Shown here: positions 38,850-50,866 of the stretch, in pieces
Layout: the number at the start of each line of letters is the position of its first letter
Numbering within the stretch: the first letter of the stretch is position 1
Assembly: GCF_001194135.2 (NCBI RefSeq)
Contig: NC_068981.1
Location: 28,888,890 to 28,952,889, forward strand
Length of the DNA: 64,000 nt
Direction: 5' to 3'
From: Octopus bimaculoides
Lineage: Eukaryota
Notes under the pieces: generated by a model
What the model saw: only the letters and a program-made list of their open reading frames with translations
Databases searched by the model: none
Told to the model about the DNA's origin: nothing
Program-made: the position numbers and the translations under genes

Positions 38850-38951
38850 TTTACAACTGGCCCCATTCTGTCCAGGGGTGCAATGACATCGAGCAAGTAC
38901 ACATGTCTGATCCACCCTTGTGCTGTCCTGTCGATATTTACACAGTAAACA
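38850..38951 (-). pseudogene. possible decayed tenascin/teneurin-type EGF-like exon fragment
   Basis: stop-bounded frame CLLCKYRQDSTRVDQTCVLARCHCTPGQNGASCK* has the C-x-C-x-P-G-x2-G-x2-C EGF spacing; no good splice sites. Confidence 0.25.
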
Positions 38952-39282
38952 TTAAAAACCATCGTGTCTGTGACTACTGCTTGTATTTGACTGGTGCACT
39001 GACAATCAAACCTCCCACTATTTTAGTTCCCAATTACATACATGCTCACACGCTCACGCACTCTCGTTTATACATATATAGATACGTATATACACAAATG
39101 AGGATGTGCGGGGTGCGTAGTTATATAAATATGAATACATATTTACAAATACATAATCACAGTTACACTCACACACACACACACACACACCACGCACGCA
39201 AATACACACACAGACATATCTACAGAGAAATAGAGAGAGGGAGAGAAAGAGTTGGAAGACTAAGATCGTGGCAGAAGGATTG

Positions 39283-39318
<36 letters not shown>

Positions 39319-40274
39319 TTATACATTATATATATGTATTATATATATATATATGTATATATATATGTATATATATATGTATATATATGTATATTTATAT
39401 AGGTATGTATATATGTATATATATGTATGCATGTATATATGTATAATATATACATTAACATATATATATGTATATGCCTGTATGTACGTGTGTATGTATA
39501 TATGTCCAGCGTGTGAGAGAAATAGAGATACATGTATTCAATTGTCGACACTGAAGCTCGCACATACATATATACATAAAAATATACTGTCTCATAAAAC
39601 CATTTACACTTAAATACATTAAATACATTAACTACATATAAGTATATGTGTATTTTCGTGTATAAATATTTCTCCAGTCAACATTATTATTGGATTATAT
39701 ATACACTATTTTCTGTCGGGCGAGCAAGCGAACTTCCTGTAAGCTGGGCCCGTGACCTATTTTTGGCAAAAATATTGTTATTTATACGTCATTTGCTTTT
39801 AGGATAGACACGGATATGAAAAGTTGTTTTTTCTATTCCTTTTACAACAACTCTCACACTTATGGGTGGTTATTAGAGGATGAAGAAAATTTCGATAAAG
39901 AGTAAAATCTATTTACCAAAGTAAAGTGGCGGTCCTGATTAAGATTTTTAGCCCCAGGAAAACATATTTTCCAGTTGGCTACAGATGCACAACTGCGTCC
40001 TTATACCTCGAACAAGGGAGCTAATGTCCGCAATGCAGACCATGGTTTCTGCTTCTTTTTTTTTCTCTTCATCGGCATAGGATAACCGTTGGTTAGAGAT
40101 GGCAGCACTAGGCCCTGTCAATAAAGAAAAGTTCTATCAATGCATCTTTCCGGTTGTAACACTCTAGTTCCTAAGTAGAGAACCTAAAATCTCTTCAGAT
40201 TATACAAGACCATCTTTACAATGGCTGAATTGGATAACGTAATCTTACGCCTGAAACAATAATGGTAAACTGGT

Positions 40275-40321
<47 letters not shown>

Positions 40322-40409
40322 TAATAGGCCATATGTTTGCTCGGTTAAAATTGACCTGAAATTAAATAAACAATTATATTAACGCAACAATTTATCCACT
40401 AATGAATTT

Positions 40410-40620
40410 TTATATTGATTTCAAATTTAAGGCATATGGCCAGCAATTTTATAGAATGGGGCTAGTCGATTACATCGACTACAATACTCAACTGGTAATT
40501 ATTCTATTGACCCGGAAATGGTGTAAAGTAATCTGGACCTCGGCGGTATTTGAAATTTATAGAAAGTAACGTCGGAAGAAATGCCGCTAAGCGATTTGAT
40601 TTCCGACCAGCTCGCCACCT
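40410..40620 (-). mobile_element. SINE family B
   Basis: atattgatttcaaattt...gtcgattacatcgac...gacctcggcgg...ccagctcgccacc. Confidence 0.75.
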
Positions 40621-41591
40621 TTAATAATGAATTGACATCACAGTACACTATTGCACTATTTCACAGTATGTTTAGCGTGTCCTGTCTCTTCGTGGTCGAG
40701 ACAAAAAACATTTGGTATTTCTTTTGCCCTGAAAGCCCTTATCAGAAATGTCATTACACATAGCGACATATACTAACAAATCATCGAGTGTTTCCAACAT
40801 TATATCATCGGTTTCAATCTCATTGCATGGGGCTTTACTCTAGTGGCTTCTATCATAGCATTGAAAGAAATTTCGTTGAATGTGGTCAATGGCACCATGC
40901 TTGACTTTTGCGTTTACATTTAATCTATTACCTTGTTTAACACAACACACCTGCTGTGGGTGCCTTTAATCATTCTTCAATATAAATAGCATAAAGAAAG
41001 AAACAAGGGATGATGTAATCCTAAATAGCCTGTTTTAAATATAGACTGTGAGGTCACAACTAGAATGTTATTGAATCAAGGCTGACCTGAGGCCTGACAA
41101 CAACAAATGCTCGTATTTATTCAATCGAGTTTCAACAAATAAAAGCAAGAAGGAATGAGTATCACACAGTCCTGTCTTTAACATTTCCTAACAAACATAG
41201 GCTACTTCTACTCCGATAATCGCCGGCAAGATGAGCTGTTTGGGTAACACAATCTCAAAGTATGTATTCATGTGACTTGACCACATGGAAAATTGTATTC
41301 CCATTAAAACTCCGAACATGAACTATATAATCCAACAACGAATGATGACTGCGGCTACGACGTCTGTGCTATCCGACTCGCTTGTTCTCTCAGTGGGGCA
41401 TTTATCAAATTTGTAAGCTGGATTTCAGGACTGCTAGCAGAACGTTACTTTGCCTGCCTGGACGTTAGAGCCGACCGTCGGATGCGGTCAGTATTCGTGA
41501 GGGACGTGTTGAACTGATTAGTTGGAGCCGGCTCAACCCACCGCGGGTGAATGCCGCTGTGTGTTAAGTGCATAACCCTAAGAAAACTTAC

Positions 41592-41653
41592 CAATATTCC
41601 ATTCATACCCGATCTCAACGCACAACTTAGAATTAGATCATTGATTTCAACTC
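41592..41653 (-). CDS. candidate 62-nt internal exon (G)VEINDLILSCALRSGMNGIL
   Basis: acceptor ccattttcacgtcatgtttttgaatag|G, consensus donor TTG|gtaagt, one open frame (phase 1 to 0), non-repetitive; no homology recognised. Confidence 0.25.
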
Positions 41654-42551
41654 CTATTCAAAAACATGACGTGAAAATGGTACTTTCAACAAATAATCTC
41701 AGGTTTGCACCAATCAGTTTATCACTTCTGCTTTCATTTGACCTTCACAAACAGAATCCCACAAGTGACCGACTCATGGAATCACGACACAGCAAAATAC
41801 AAAGCCCTGGGTCAAAGAATTTTTCGATTAGCAGATTTATGCAGATACAAATATGATATTTCCAATTCTCTAAACTTTGTACGGGTGCTTAAAGGAATAC
41901 TTGTATACATCAATATATTCAACAACACGCACCGCAAGCTAACATAATAACTTCCACCAAGACGACCCTTACAAAACAAACATAAAATCTCATATACATG
42001 TGATGTAATCGTCGCCCCCCTACCGTTACATAGACATAGCTGCAGAAAGACTCCAACGTAAAGTGAAGTACATACATATATACCTGTCCCTAAACAAACA
42101 AATCTAAAAGTAGTACCTACGAAATCACCCGTCTTCATTCTTACAAACAGATTTAAGCAAGAAATAACAACATAAACATACAGTATAAAAGTATGACAGA
42201 TGAACAGTAGATGGAATTACCTACAATGAATGCATGCATGCACGGAATGCAGACACAGGGTGCATGCAGAGTATGCACAGCACAGAATCAAAAGACCACA
42301 CAGTCTTGCACATTACAACAAAGGACCTCACACTCTTTGCACATTTGTCTTGCAAATCAAAAATTACAACACTATTATTAAAACAATATATAACGAACTC
42401 CACCATAGACCACGTCATAACTGCTTTCGTTCTCAATGTTTCCAGCATAAAAATACAAAGCGTACAAAGTATGTGCAAGTGTATACACACACCAAAATCT
42501 TGCTGTCTCTCTCTTTCTTTCTATTTCTCTCTCTCTCCCTCTTTCTCCCTT

Positions 42552-42592
<41 letters not shown>

Positions 42593-42607
42593 ATATATAT
42601 ATATATA

Positions 42608-42799
42608 TATCATTATAAATATACAGGGATTAGCAATTGAGTTGCTTCTCCAACATACTGAAAATTTAGAAATAGCAGTCAAAGAACTATCAGAGAAAAT
42701 TTGTAGTTTGGAATCAGTAGTTCTTTGACTGCTATTTCTAAATTTTCAGTATGTTGGAGAAGCAACTCAATTGCTAATCCCTGTATATTTATAATGATA
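42608..42799. repeat. perfect 82-bp inverted repeat with 28-nt spacer
   Basis: 42608-42689 is the exact reverse complement of 42718-42799. Confidence 0.95.
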
Positions 42800-42898
42800 A
42801 ATAGTCTTACCGATAAAGGTTTTTTTCATACTGAACTACTTGGCAGAATTGTTAATTATTAATTCTATTATTAATTGACGATTCTCTGCCCTTATTCT

Positions 42899-42934
<36 letters not shown>

Positions 42935-43539
42935 CTCTCTCACATATGTACATAATACACACGTATACACATACACAGAGATAAACATATATATATATAT
43001 GGGTGCATATAAATGTACATCTATATATACACGCTCACTTGTATTATAAATGCATGTGTGCGCGTGAAAGTGCGTGTGGGAATCTCCCGGTGAGAACGAC
43101 ATAAGCGCGATCAGTATCAAAACAAAAACGTTGTTACTGAACAACCGACAAGAAGAATTCTTTTTGCGTGGAGGAAGTCAGTGCAGAGCCCACGACATTC
43201 TCACTTCCAAATTGTAATTTGAACCATACATACATACATACAAACATATGTGTGTGTGTGTGTGGGGGGGTATACACATACATGCATAAATCTATGTATC
43301 GATATATATATATATATATGAAATTGTGCGTGTAAATAGACATACGGTCGCTACTGTTATATTTAGAACCTCACGTAGATTATTATGATCCAGCATTTGG
43401 TGTAGTAGTTAAGAGCGCGGGCTATATATACTTCACTTTATCGTGCAGTTACTGTTAACCCCTCGTTCAGAGATTTAACATTGCTTGTTTTCACTTTTTC
43501 GATATCAGTGAATAACTTCACTGGAAAAAGACTTATATA

Positions 43540-43665
43540 TTGCCAAGGGATTGTCATTCTCATCGAAGGTCGGCGATTATCGTACGCTGAAGAAGGGAAA
43601 TAACCCTGAAACTCGGGTCCGTACGTATCGCAGATCAAGATGGGAAGGATAACTTCCCTTGGCAA
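43540..43665 (+). ncRNA. type I hammerhead ribozyme with intact core on an extended helix I
   Basis: cgtacg-CTGAAGA(43587-93)-aggg aaataa ccct-GAAA(43608-11)-c tcgg-GTC(43617-19)-cgtacg; helix I continues gcgat/atcgc, ggtc/gatc, ttgtcattctcatc/gatgggaaggataa, ttgccaaggga/tcccttggcaa. Confidence 0.8.
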
Positions 43666-44083
43666 AAATAGACAGGACACAGATATGTGTCGATAAGCCA
43701 GCTGGAGGAGATGTTNNNNNNNNNNNNNNNNNNNNNNNNNNNNNNNNNNNNNNNNNNNNNNNNNNNNNNNNNNNNNNNNNNNNNNNNNNNNNNNNNNNNN
43801 NNNNNNNNNNNNNNNNNNNNNNNNNNNNNNNNNNNNNNNNNNNNNNNNNNNNNNNNNNNNNNNNNNNNNNNNNNNNNNNNNNNNNNNNNNNNNNNNNNNN
43901 NNNNNNNNNNNNNNNNNNNNNNNNNNNNNNNNNNNNNNNNNNNNNNNNNNNNNNNNNNNNNNNNNNNNNNNNNNNNNNNNNNNNNNNNNNNNNNNNNNNN
44001 NNNNNNNNNNNNNNNNNNNNNNNNNNNNNNNNNNNNNNNNNNNNNNNNNNNNNNNNNNNNNNNNNNNNNNNNNNNNNNNNNNN

Positions 44084-44139
<56 letters not shown>

Positions 44140-44144
<5 letters not shown>

Positions 44145-44362
44145 GTGTGTCTGTGCTTGTCCCCCCAACATCGCTTTACAACCGATGGTGGTGTGTTTAC
44201 TTCCCCATAAACTAGCGGTTCGGCAAAAGAGACCGATAGAATAAGTACTAGGCTTACAAAGAATAAGTCCTGAGGTCGATTTGCTCGACTAAAGGCGATG
44301 CTCCAGCATGGCCACAGTCAAAATGACTGAAACAAGTAAAAGAGAGAGTAAAAGAGTAAAGA
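44140..44362 (+). mobile_element. SINE family A 3' module (head probably lost in the adjacent gap)
   Basis: near reverse complement of 8195-8400; (TAAAAGAG)n-like tail. Confidence 0.85.
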
Positions 44363-44665
44363 GTTAACATTGATTTGACGCTCAAACGAAGGAAGTTATA
44401 AAGTGAAAGTTGTAGAATACACAATGAAATACACAGAAATACACGTCGGATACACAGAGAAGTGTCCGGGAAAGGAGAGAAAACAGGATGGAAAAGATAC
44501 GGAAATAAGCAAGAGAGTTAACAAAAAAAAAACGGACAAGAGGGTATCTCCAAAACTATATACTCACTTTAACAGCTAATAACTCACTGAATTTTAATTT
44601 TTTTCTTTTTTGTCTTAGCTCTGATCCATTAGAAATAATGAAGTGGCTGTTGAACAGAGGCAATT

Positions 44666-45038
44666 GTGGAGGCGCAATGGCCCAGTGGTTAGAGCAGCGG
44701 ACTCGCGGTTTCGATTGCCACACCGGGCGTTGTGAGTGTTTATTGAGTGAAAACACCTAATTCTCCACGAGGCTCCGGCGGGGGATGGTGGTGAACCCTG
44801 CTTTACTCTTTCACCACACCTTTCTCTCACTCTTTCTTCCTGTTTGTGTTGTACTTGTAATTCAAAGGGTCAGGCTCGTCACACTGTGTCACGCTGAATA
44901 TCCCCGAGAACTACGTTAAGGGTAAACGTGTCTGTGGAGTGCTCAGCCACTTGCACGTTAATTTCACGGGCAGGCTGTTCCGTTGATCGGATCAACTGGA
45001 ATCCTCTACATCGTAAGCGAGGAAGTGCCAACAACAAC
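44666..45038 (+). mobile_element. tRNA-derived SINE family C, full length, 14-bp TSD
   Basis: A box tggcccagtgg, B box ggtttcgattgcc, (CAA)n tail; TSD gaacagaggcaatt at 44652-44665 and 45039-45052. Confidence 0.9.
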
Positions 45039-45098
45039 GAACAGAGGCAATTATATCCTAAAATGAAATTCAAACAGAACCATTTATGCGACTCTCAA

Positions 45099-45130
<32 letters not shown>

Positions 45131-45536
45131 CTCTAGTTGTTGTTGTTGAAGTGCTTACTACTGTTGTTTTTAACAGTAGTTCAAATTTTCTGGTGATAGA
45201 TCTATATCATAAGTGACAGTCATCAGTCATATTAAGATTGATTGGGAAATCAATCTTTAGCTCAGTGGCTCGTTCAAAAGGTAGAAAAAAATTTCCATTG
45301 GTAAATAAACATGTATGATGATACTTCAAAACCTGCTTAACTCCTATGTGCATATGTTGTCCGTGTACTTCCTGCTTATGGTTATAAGTATACGTGGTCA
45401 ACAGAGAGAGAGAGTCATTAGAGCATCAGATTGTTTTTGGCAATCTATGCTCTCGGTTAATACATAGCCGAAGTCAACTTTGCCTTTGGTCATTTCGGGA
45501 TCGAATAAAGTACCAGTCTAGCAGGTTATATTTGTT

Positions 45537-45537
<1 letters not shown>

Positions 45538-45618
<81 letters not shown>
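45538..45618. repeat. (CT)n microsatellite
   Basis: direct reading. Confidence 0.95.
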
Positions 45619-45623
<5 letters not shown>

Positions 45624-45814
45624 CTGACTCTTCTCTGACCGGGTGAGGTACGGGATCCTCCAAGTGTAAAATACACAAAATAAGCCTTAGACCACAACGG
45701 TGCTGCTACGATTTCACGACGTGCTGAAAGCCAATGGAGTGGCATGATGTGTATGAGCATTTTTGTGTAAAGAGGTAGGTTGTGTGCATGTGTGTGTGTC
45801 TGTGTGTGTGTGTG

Positions 45815-45865
<51 letters not shown>

Positions 45866-46254
45866 GTGAAGGCGTCCAAATGAGGAAAATGATTAAGACG
45901 GAACATAATATAAAACAAATAAATCGTTAAAATTAAGAATCAGGTAAAGAGAAGGAGAGAAAGAGAAAGAGAAATGTACTTAATGAGGATAAAAACCCAA
46001 GGAAGAAAGGATGTTATACACAGAGATAACGTGAGAACTGAAAGACAGGTAAACAGATTAGAAAGGTGTAGGGAAATCAAAGGAAGAAACAGAAGACAGA
46101 GTTCGAAAAGACAGAGAAAATATGAAAAAATTGACAATAGTAGAGATCGATAGTTAGATAGGTACACAGTGAAAGAGAGAGGGAGATTAAGAAATATATG
46201 AACATACATTAAGAGCCGAAAAACTTCTAATTAAAATTGAGAGAGAGAGAGAAG

Positions 46255-46292
<38 letters not shown>

Positions 46293-48071
46293 AGAGAGAG
46301 AGAGGGAGGGAGATTGAGAGAACATAAGGATAAACAGAAATCTTATAAATGATTTATCGTAAAAAAGGTAAATGACGAGACAAATATAAAGGAAAAACAG
46401 AGAATGATGAATGAAGCAAAACTGAGAACGAAACGGCTAAGAGATACAGGAGAAAGAGAGTGTGTGAGACAGACAGAGAGGGAAGAGAGAGAGAGCAAAG
46501 AACTAGAATGACAGTGAGAGAATTAGAGAAAGAAAAAGAGCAACTGAATTAAACAGAAGCGAATATGAAAAATAAAGAAAATTAGAGACAATGAAAGACA
46601 AATGGAATGAAGACTGAAAGAAAATCAATGAAATACAACGAAAATAAAACAATGAAGTAAATATATCAAACCAAGAACAAATACACGAGCGGAACCATAA
46701 AAACGAAAATAAAAAAAAATAATAAATAATAATAATAATACGGAGATAAAGAATGACTAAAGCAAAGAAACAGAGGAGAAATGAATGAATAAATAAGTAA
46801 ATATTATCGAAAGATACACCATTTCAACACTGTACGACGTGTAAACCCAGACTAAGTATGTGTGAAACACAAACAAGTGGCAGAATAAATAGACAAACAA
46901 ACGTAAATGGAATATGGCACGTGAATATGGGAGTTGGCTTCACCATTCTTGAGACGTGTCTCTTAAGGATGAGTTGGCTGGTGAGGTTAAAAGTCGTGTA
47001 TACCTTATCTATTTAGTTGGCATTAAAGATAATGCTAGTTGGCAGGCTTTCAGGCGGAAACGCCTGGCAGAAATATATATATATATATATATANNNNNNN
47101 NNNNNNNNNNNNNNNNNNNNNNNNNNNNNNNNNNNNNNNNNNNNNNNNNNNNNNNNNNNNNNNNNNNNNNNNNNNNNNNNNNNNNNNNNNNNNNNNNNNN
47201 NNNNNNNNNNNNNNNNNNNNNNNNNNNNNNNNNNNNNNNNNNNNNNNNNNNNNNNNNNNNNNNNNNNNNNNNNNNNNNNNNNNNNNNNNNNNNNNNNNNN
47301 NNNNNNNNNNNNNNNNNNNNNNNNNNNNNNNNNNNNNNNNNNNNNNNNNNNNNNNNNNNNNNNNNNNNNNNNNNNNNNNNNNNNNNNNNNNNNNNNNTAT
47401 ATATATATATATATATATATGTATATTTATATATATATATATATACATGCATGCATATGTATAATATGTATATACATACACACGCAAACACTTACAAACA
47501 CACGCACATATATGTATATGTATGTGTGTGTGTGTGCGTCTACAATATCAAGTGTATGAGTGTATATACTGATGCGTAGGCTTGTGTTTGTATGTATATA
47601 TTTACAAATATAATATATATAAATATATACATAATTCTTTCTCTATCTCTCTTTCTCTCTTTCTCTCTCGTTCCTTATATACATACATATGTGAGTGTAC
47701 GTATGTATACATGTATGTATAAGTACATCTACACGTAAACGTACGCATATATATTTCTATATATGTATGCATACATATTTAGTCAAATAGATTTATGTGA
47801 AAAACTGGAAGAGCCCCCAAAGAAGGAAAGCTATTGTTCAATTGTAATCACTCAGTGAATTAACTCCGTAGTTACTCAGAGTTTCACAAAATTACGCATG
47901 CAGACTGTATATCTTCGATCCTTTCGACGAAATTATTAATAATCGAAAGCCCATGTCACGCGTGTATCAGTGAAATTTTGAGAAATCCACAGACAGTGTA
48001 CTTACAGAAATGTACGTTTGTGTCTGCTCCCTCTCTCCCTTTCTCTCTTTCACACACTTTCTCTGAGTATA

Positions 48072-48155
<84 letters not shown>

Positions 48156-48158
<3 letters not shown>

Positions 48159-48308
48159 TGTACATTTAAGCGCATAAGAGGTATCCTTCATAGGATTCCT
48201 TGCACGCTAGAAGGAACTGCTAAAATCAAACCAAGAACAAATACCTGTTCCTTCTAGCGTGCAAGAAATCCTATGACGGATACCTCTTATGTGTTTAAAT
48301 GTACACTG
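48156..48308. mobile_element. fold-back Tc1-type MITE, 62-bp TIRs (4 mismatches), 29-nt spacer
   Basis: arms 48156-48217 and 48247-48308; begins TA|CAGTG as in Tc1-like TIRs; right flank CA rather than TA. Confidence 0.7.
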
Positions 48309-49289
48309 CATTTATATGATTATATATAGTCTATTGACTATTTTTTTTACACGCTAGGCTACTGGTAGTAGAAATTTCAGAAGTGTTTTATTACCCTGAT
48401 ATTATTAATTATATATATATAAATATATATATATACAATACAGAATGATTCAAGAACGCAAAACAACCAGACAGTTAGGTAATACAAGAAAGGGACAAAA
48501 CATACAGATAGACGATACAAAGAAAACACGGACTTGTCATTCGTAGTTTTCTTTCATCACTCGAGATCCAGATTATCTTTGCAATTTCGGCTGGTTGTTC
48601 TCGATATTGCCCCAATCTAGCCAGCCCCAAGGAAAAAACTAAGCTAAGAGCGTTAGATTCCTTGGAAGAAAGCAGCGAATGTATACAAAAACAAGGACGG
48701 AAAAAAACGAACAATGTTACACAGATACAGCAGGAATAATAATACTTTCTACTATAGGCACAAGGTCTGAAACTTCGGGGAGGGGGATTCATTGCCTGGC
48801 ACTTTGGGCAAATATTATTTTCTGTAACCTCGGGTTGACCCTATGTAGTATGGGTAAAATAAGCTAGACGGAAACTCTATATAAGTTCGTCGGCTGGATT
48901 GTACCCACAGTTTGAAGCTGAACCTTGTCACTGCGTCAAGCTGATTCAAATATACACGTATCTGTGAATGCTCAACTATTTTAAAGCTAATTCAGTAGAC
49001 GATAATTGATCGAACTCAACACTCGTCGTAGAAAGTGACGAAGATACATTCATATCCATTACATAGGATATGTTTTGTGCGTAGTTGTGATATTGTATTG
49101 AAAGTGATTTCCACTGGATGTTGCATGTGTCTAACGAGGTTATCCGTTGGACCGCATCCCACAGACGCTAACTTGCCTTTCATCTCTCCAGGCACAATAA
49201 ATTTTGAGTACTCGTGTCGATGTAATCGTCGACTCGTGCCATCAAATTTTCTGGCTATTCGCCTAAATTTGAATCAATATTATAAAATG

Positions 49290-49490
49290 ATGATGAATTG
49301 GAAGAAATGTCGTTAGAACGTTGGAAAAATTCTTTGCTCTATGTGTTCCGGCTCTTTACGTTCAAATCTCACTGAGGTCAACTTTGCTTTCATACCTCTG
49401 GAGTCGATAAAATAAACTATCGTCAATTATTAAAGTCGATGTGACTGAATAACTCTTCCCATTAAAATTGCTGGCCTTGTTCTTTGTATT
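49290..49490 (+). mobile_element. degraded SINE family B
   Basis: ttcaaatctcactgaggtcaactttgctttc...gtcgataaaata...aaaattgctggccttg. Confidence 0.6.
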
Positions 49491-50519
49491 TTTATTATTT
49501 TTTTTTTTTTTTGTTATTTTCTGTCGGTATTTTATGTTCAACAGTAATTTTTTTACACGATTACCTCAGGGAAAAATGCTGTTTCGTTTCTTTTTTTCGA
49601 ATTTCTCATGAACATTTTACTGTGTGATTGAATATAACCGAGAGTTAAAAACAGAGGTGTCACGAAACAAGTTAAATGCTTAAACATATTCGAAAAGTAA
49701 CCGTATATAACATGAATAGGATTTAAAGGTAACCCGCTCAGAAAAAGCAAGAGGACGAGGGGGTTACCAAGGTAGTGGTTGCAGAAGCCCCCAAAAAGCA
49801 CGATGTCAAATAAATTACAAACGAAATTTCAAACGAAATTTCAAAACGAAATTTATTTCGTTTGAATATTATTTCAAGAATTTCTTTTTGTTCCAAGTTT
49901 TAGTGCGCTTGTAGTTTTCTTTCATTTTCTAAGTTTTACCGTCTTATCTTGTAGAAAGTGTGTGATATTTTTCGAAAGACTGATTTTGCTGTAAGTTTCA
50001 TCATCTATATATGGAATGCCAAGTACCCTTCAATTACATGGAAAAATGCGAGCATGAAAAGTCATATTCTTAAGATTATAAACCTGGAAAAGTACAGGAA
50101 AGTTATTAGACCTGTAAAAGTATAGGACAAGCTATTACTTTTAGTAAAGTAAAGAATAAGAAACTGTTTACTTATCACTCTTTACAGTCCTCATAGTTTA
50201 AATTTATTGTACAAAACTGGTCCGCTTATTTGTAAGTTTGTCTAATTAGTCACTTTTTTCTGTATTTAAGGTAGCAACTTAGCCAAATTCTACTTAAATA
50301 AGTATAGTGTTATTTGTAAATAACACAAGATTTCAGTCAACGAAAAAAAAAAAAAAATCCAGTGATTCCGGGATTGGGTGAGAGGACCCCACCTCATTTT
50401 TTCCGAACCAAAATATGGGATTTGTAGCATATTAGGTCAGGGTACTTGATTCCACGCAAAAAATCGTTTTTTTTTTTTCTTAGTGAAAACCGTGTGGATG
50501 TTAATATAAAAATTGATCA

Positions 50520-50715
50520 TAATGTTGTTATTTAGCCTCAAATAAATCCTGATACAGCCAACGTATCATCGAAGACATTCCAGCCTTCAGCAAACCGTCT
50601 TTTTAGGGATAATCTAGGACATTACATACAATGGGCGTGTGATTTAGGCAGGGGGATACTTTGGCTGCTATTTTTAGCGTGTCGAGCGACCAGGTAGAGG
50701 CTCTTTCATTGGTTC
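50520..50715 (+). mobile_element. interspersed repeat (further SINE-like family)
   Basis: gttgttatttagcc...acattccagcc...tttggctgctatttttagcgtgtcgagcgaccaggtagaggctc; related pieces at ~8865-8985, ~37020-37110, ~40150-40250 (-), ~40960-41115 (-). Confidence 0.45.
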
Positions 50716-50866
50716 GATTGCGAGATGAGATTTTTTTACACATATATATAATATGTATAAATATCATCGGCAGAAGTTAGAGAGTAAGTCAAAAACTGAG
50801 AGTTTCGTATATTGGGATATATCAAACGCGGATTTGTCCATTGTCACTCTGTAACTTCTGACGAAA

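Noticed and set aside
41574-41582. TAACCCTAA, resembling a TTAGGG telomerase RNA template next to a GC-rich region
   Set aside because: A 9-mer is expected by chance in 128 kb of both strands; the structured region is upstream rather than downstream, and no pseudoknot or H/ACA features follow
44666-44730. tRNA-like A/B boxes here and at 13608, 61984, 8560-8620, 63746
   Set aside because: No complete cloverleaf or acceptor stem; they continue into SINE bodies with TSDs, so they are SINE heads and not tRNA genes
47050-47065. CAGGCG-GAAA-CGCCTG GNRA hairpin
   Set aside because: Isolated 6-bp stem at a contig end with no larger structure or U-tract; prokaryote-style terminator logic does not apply
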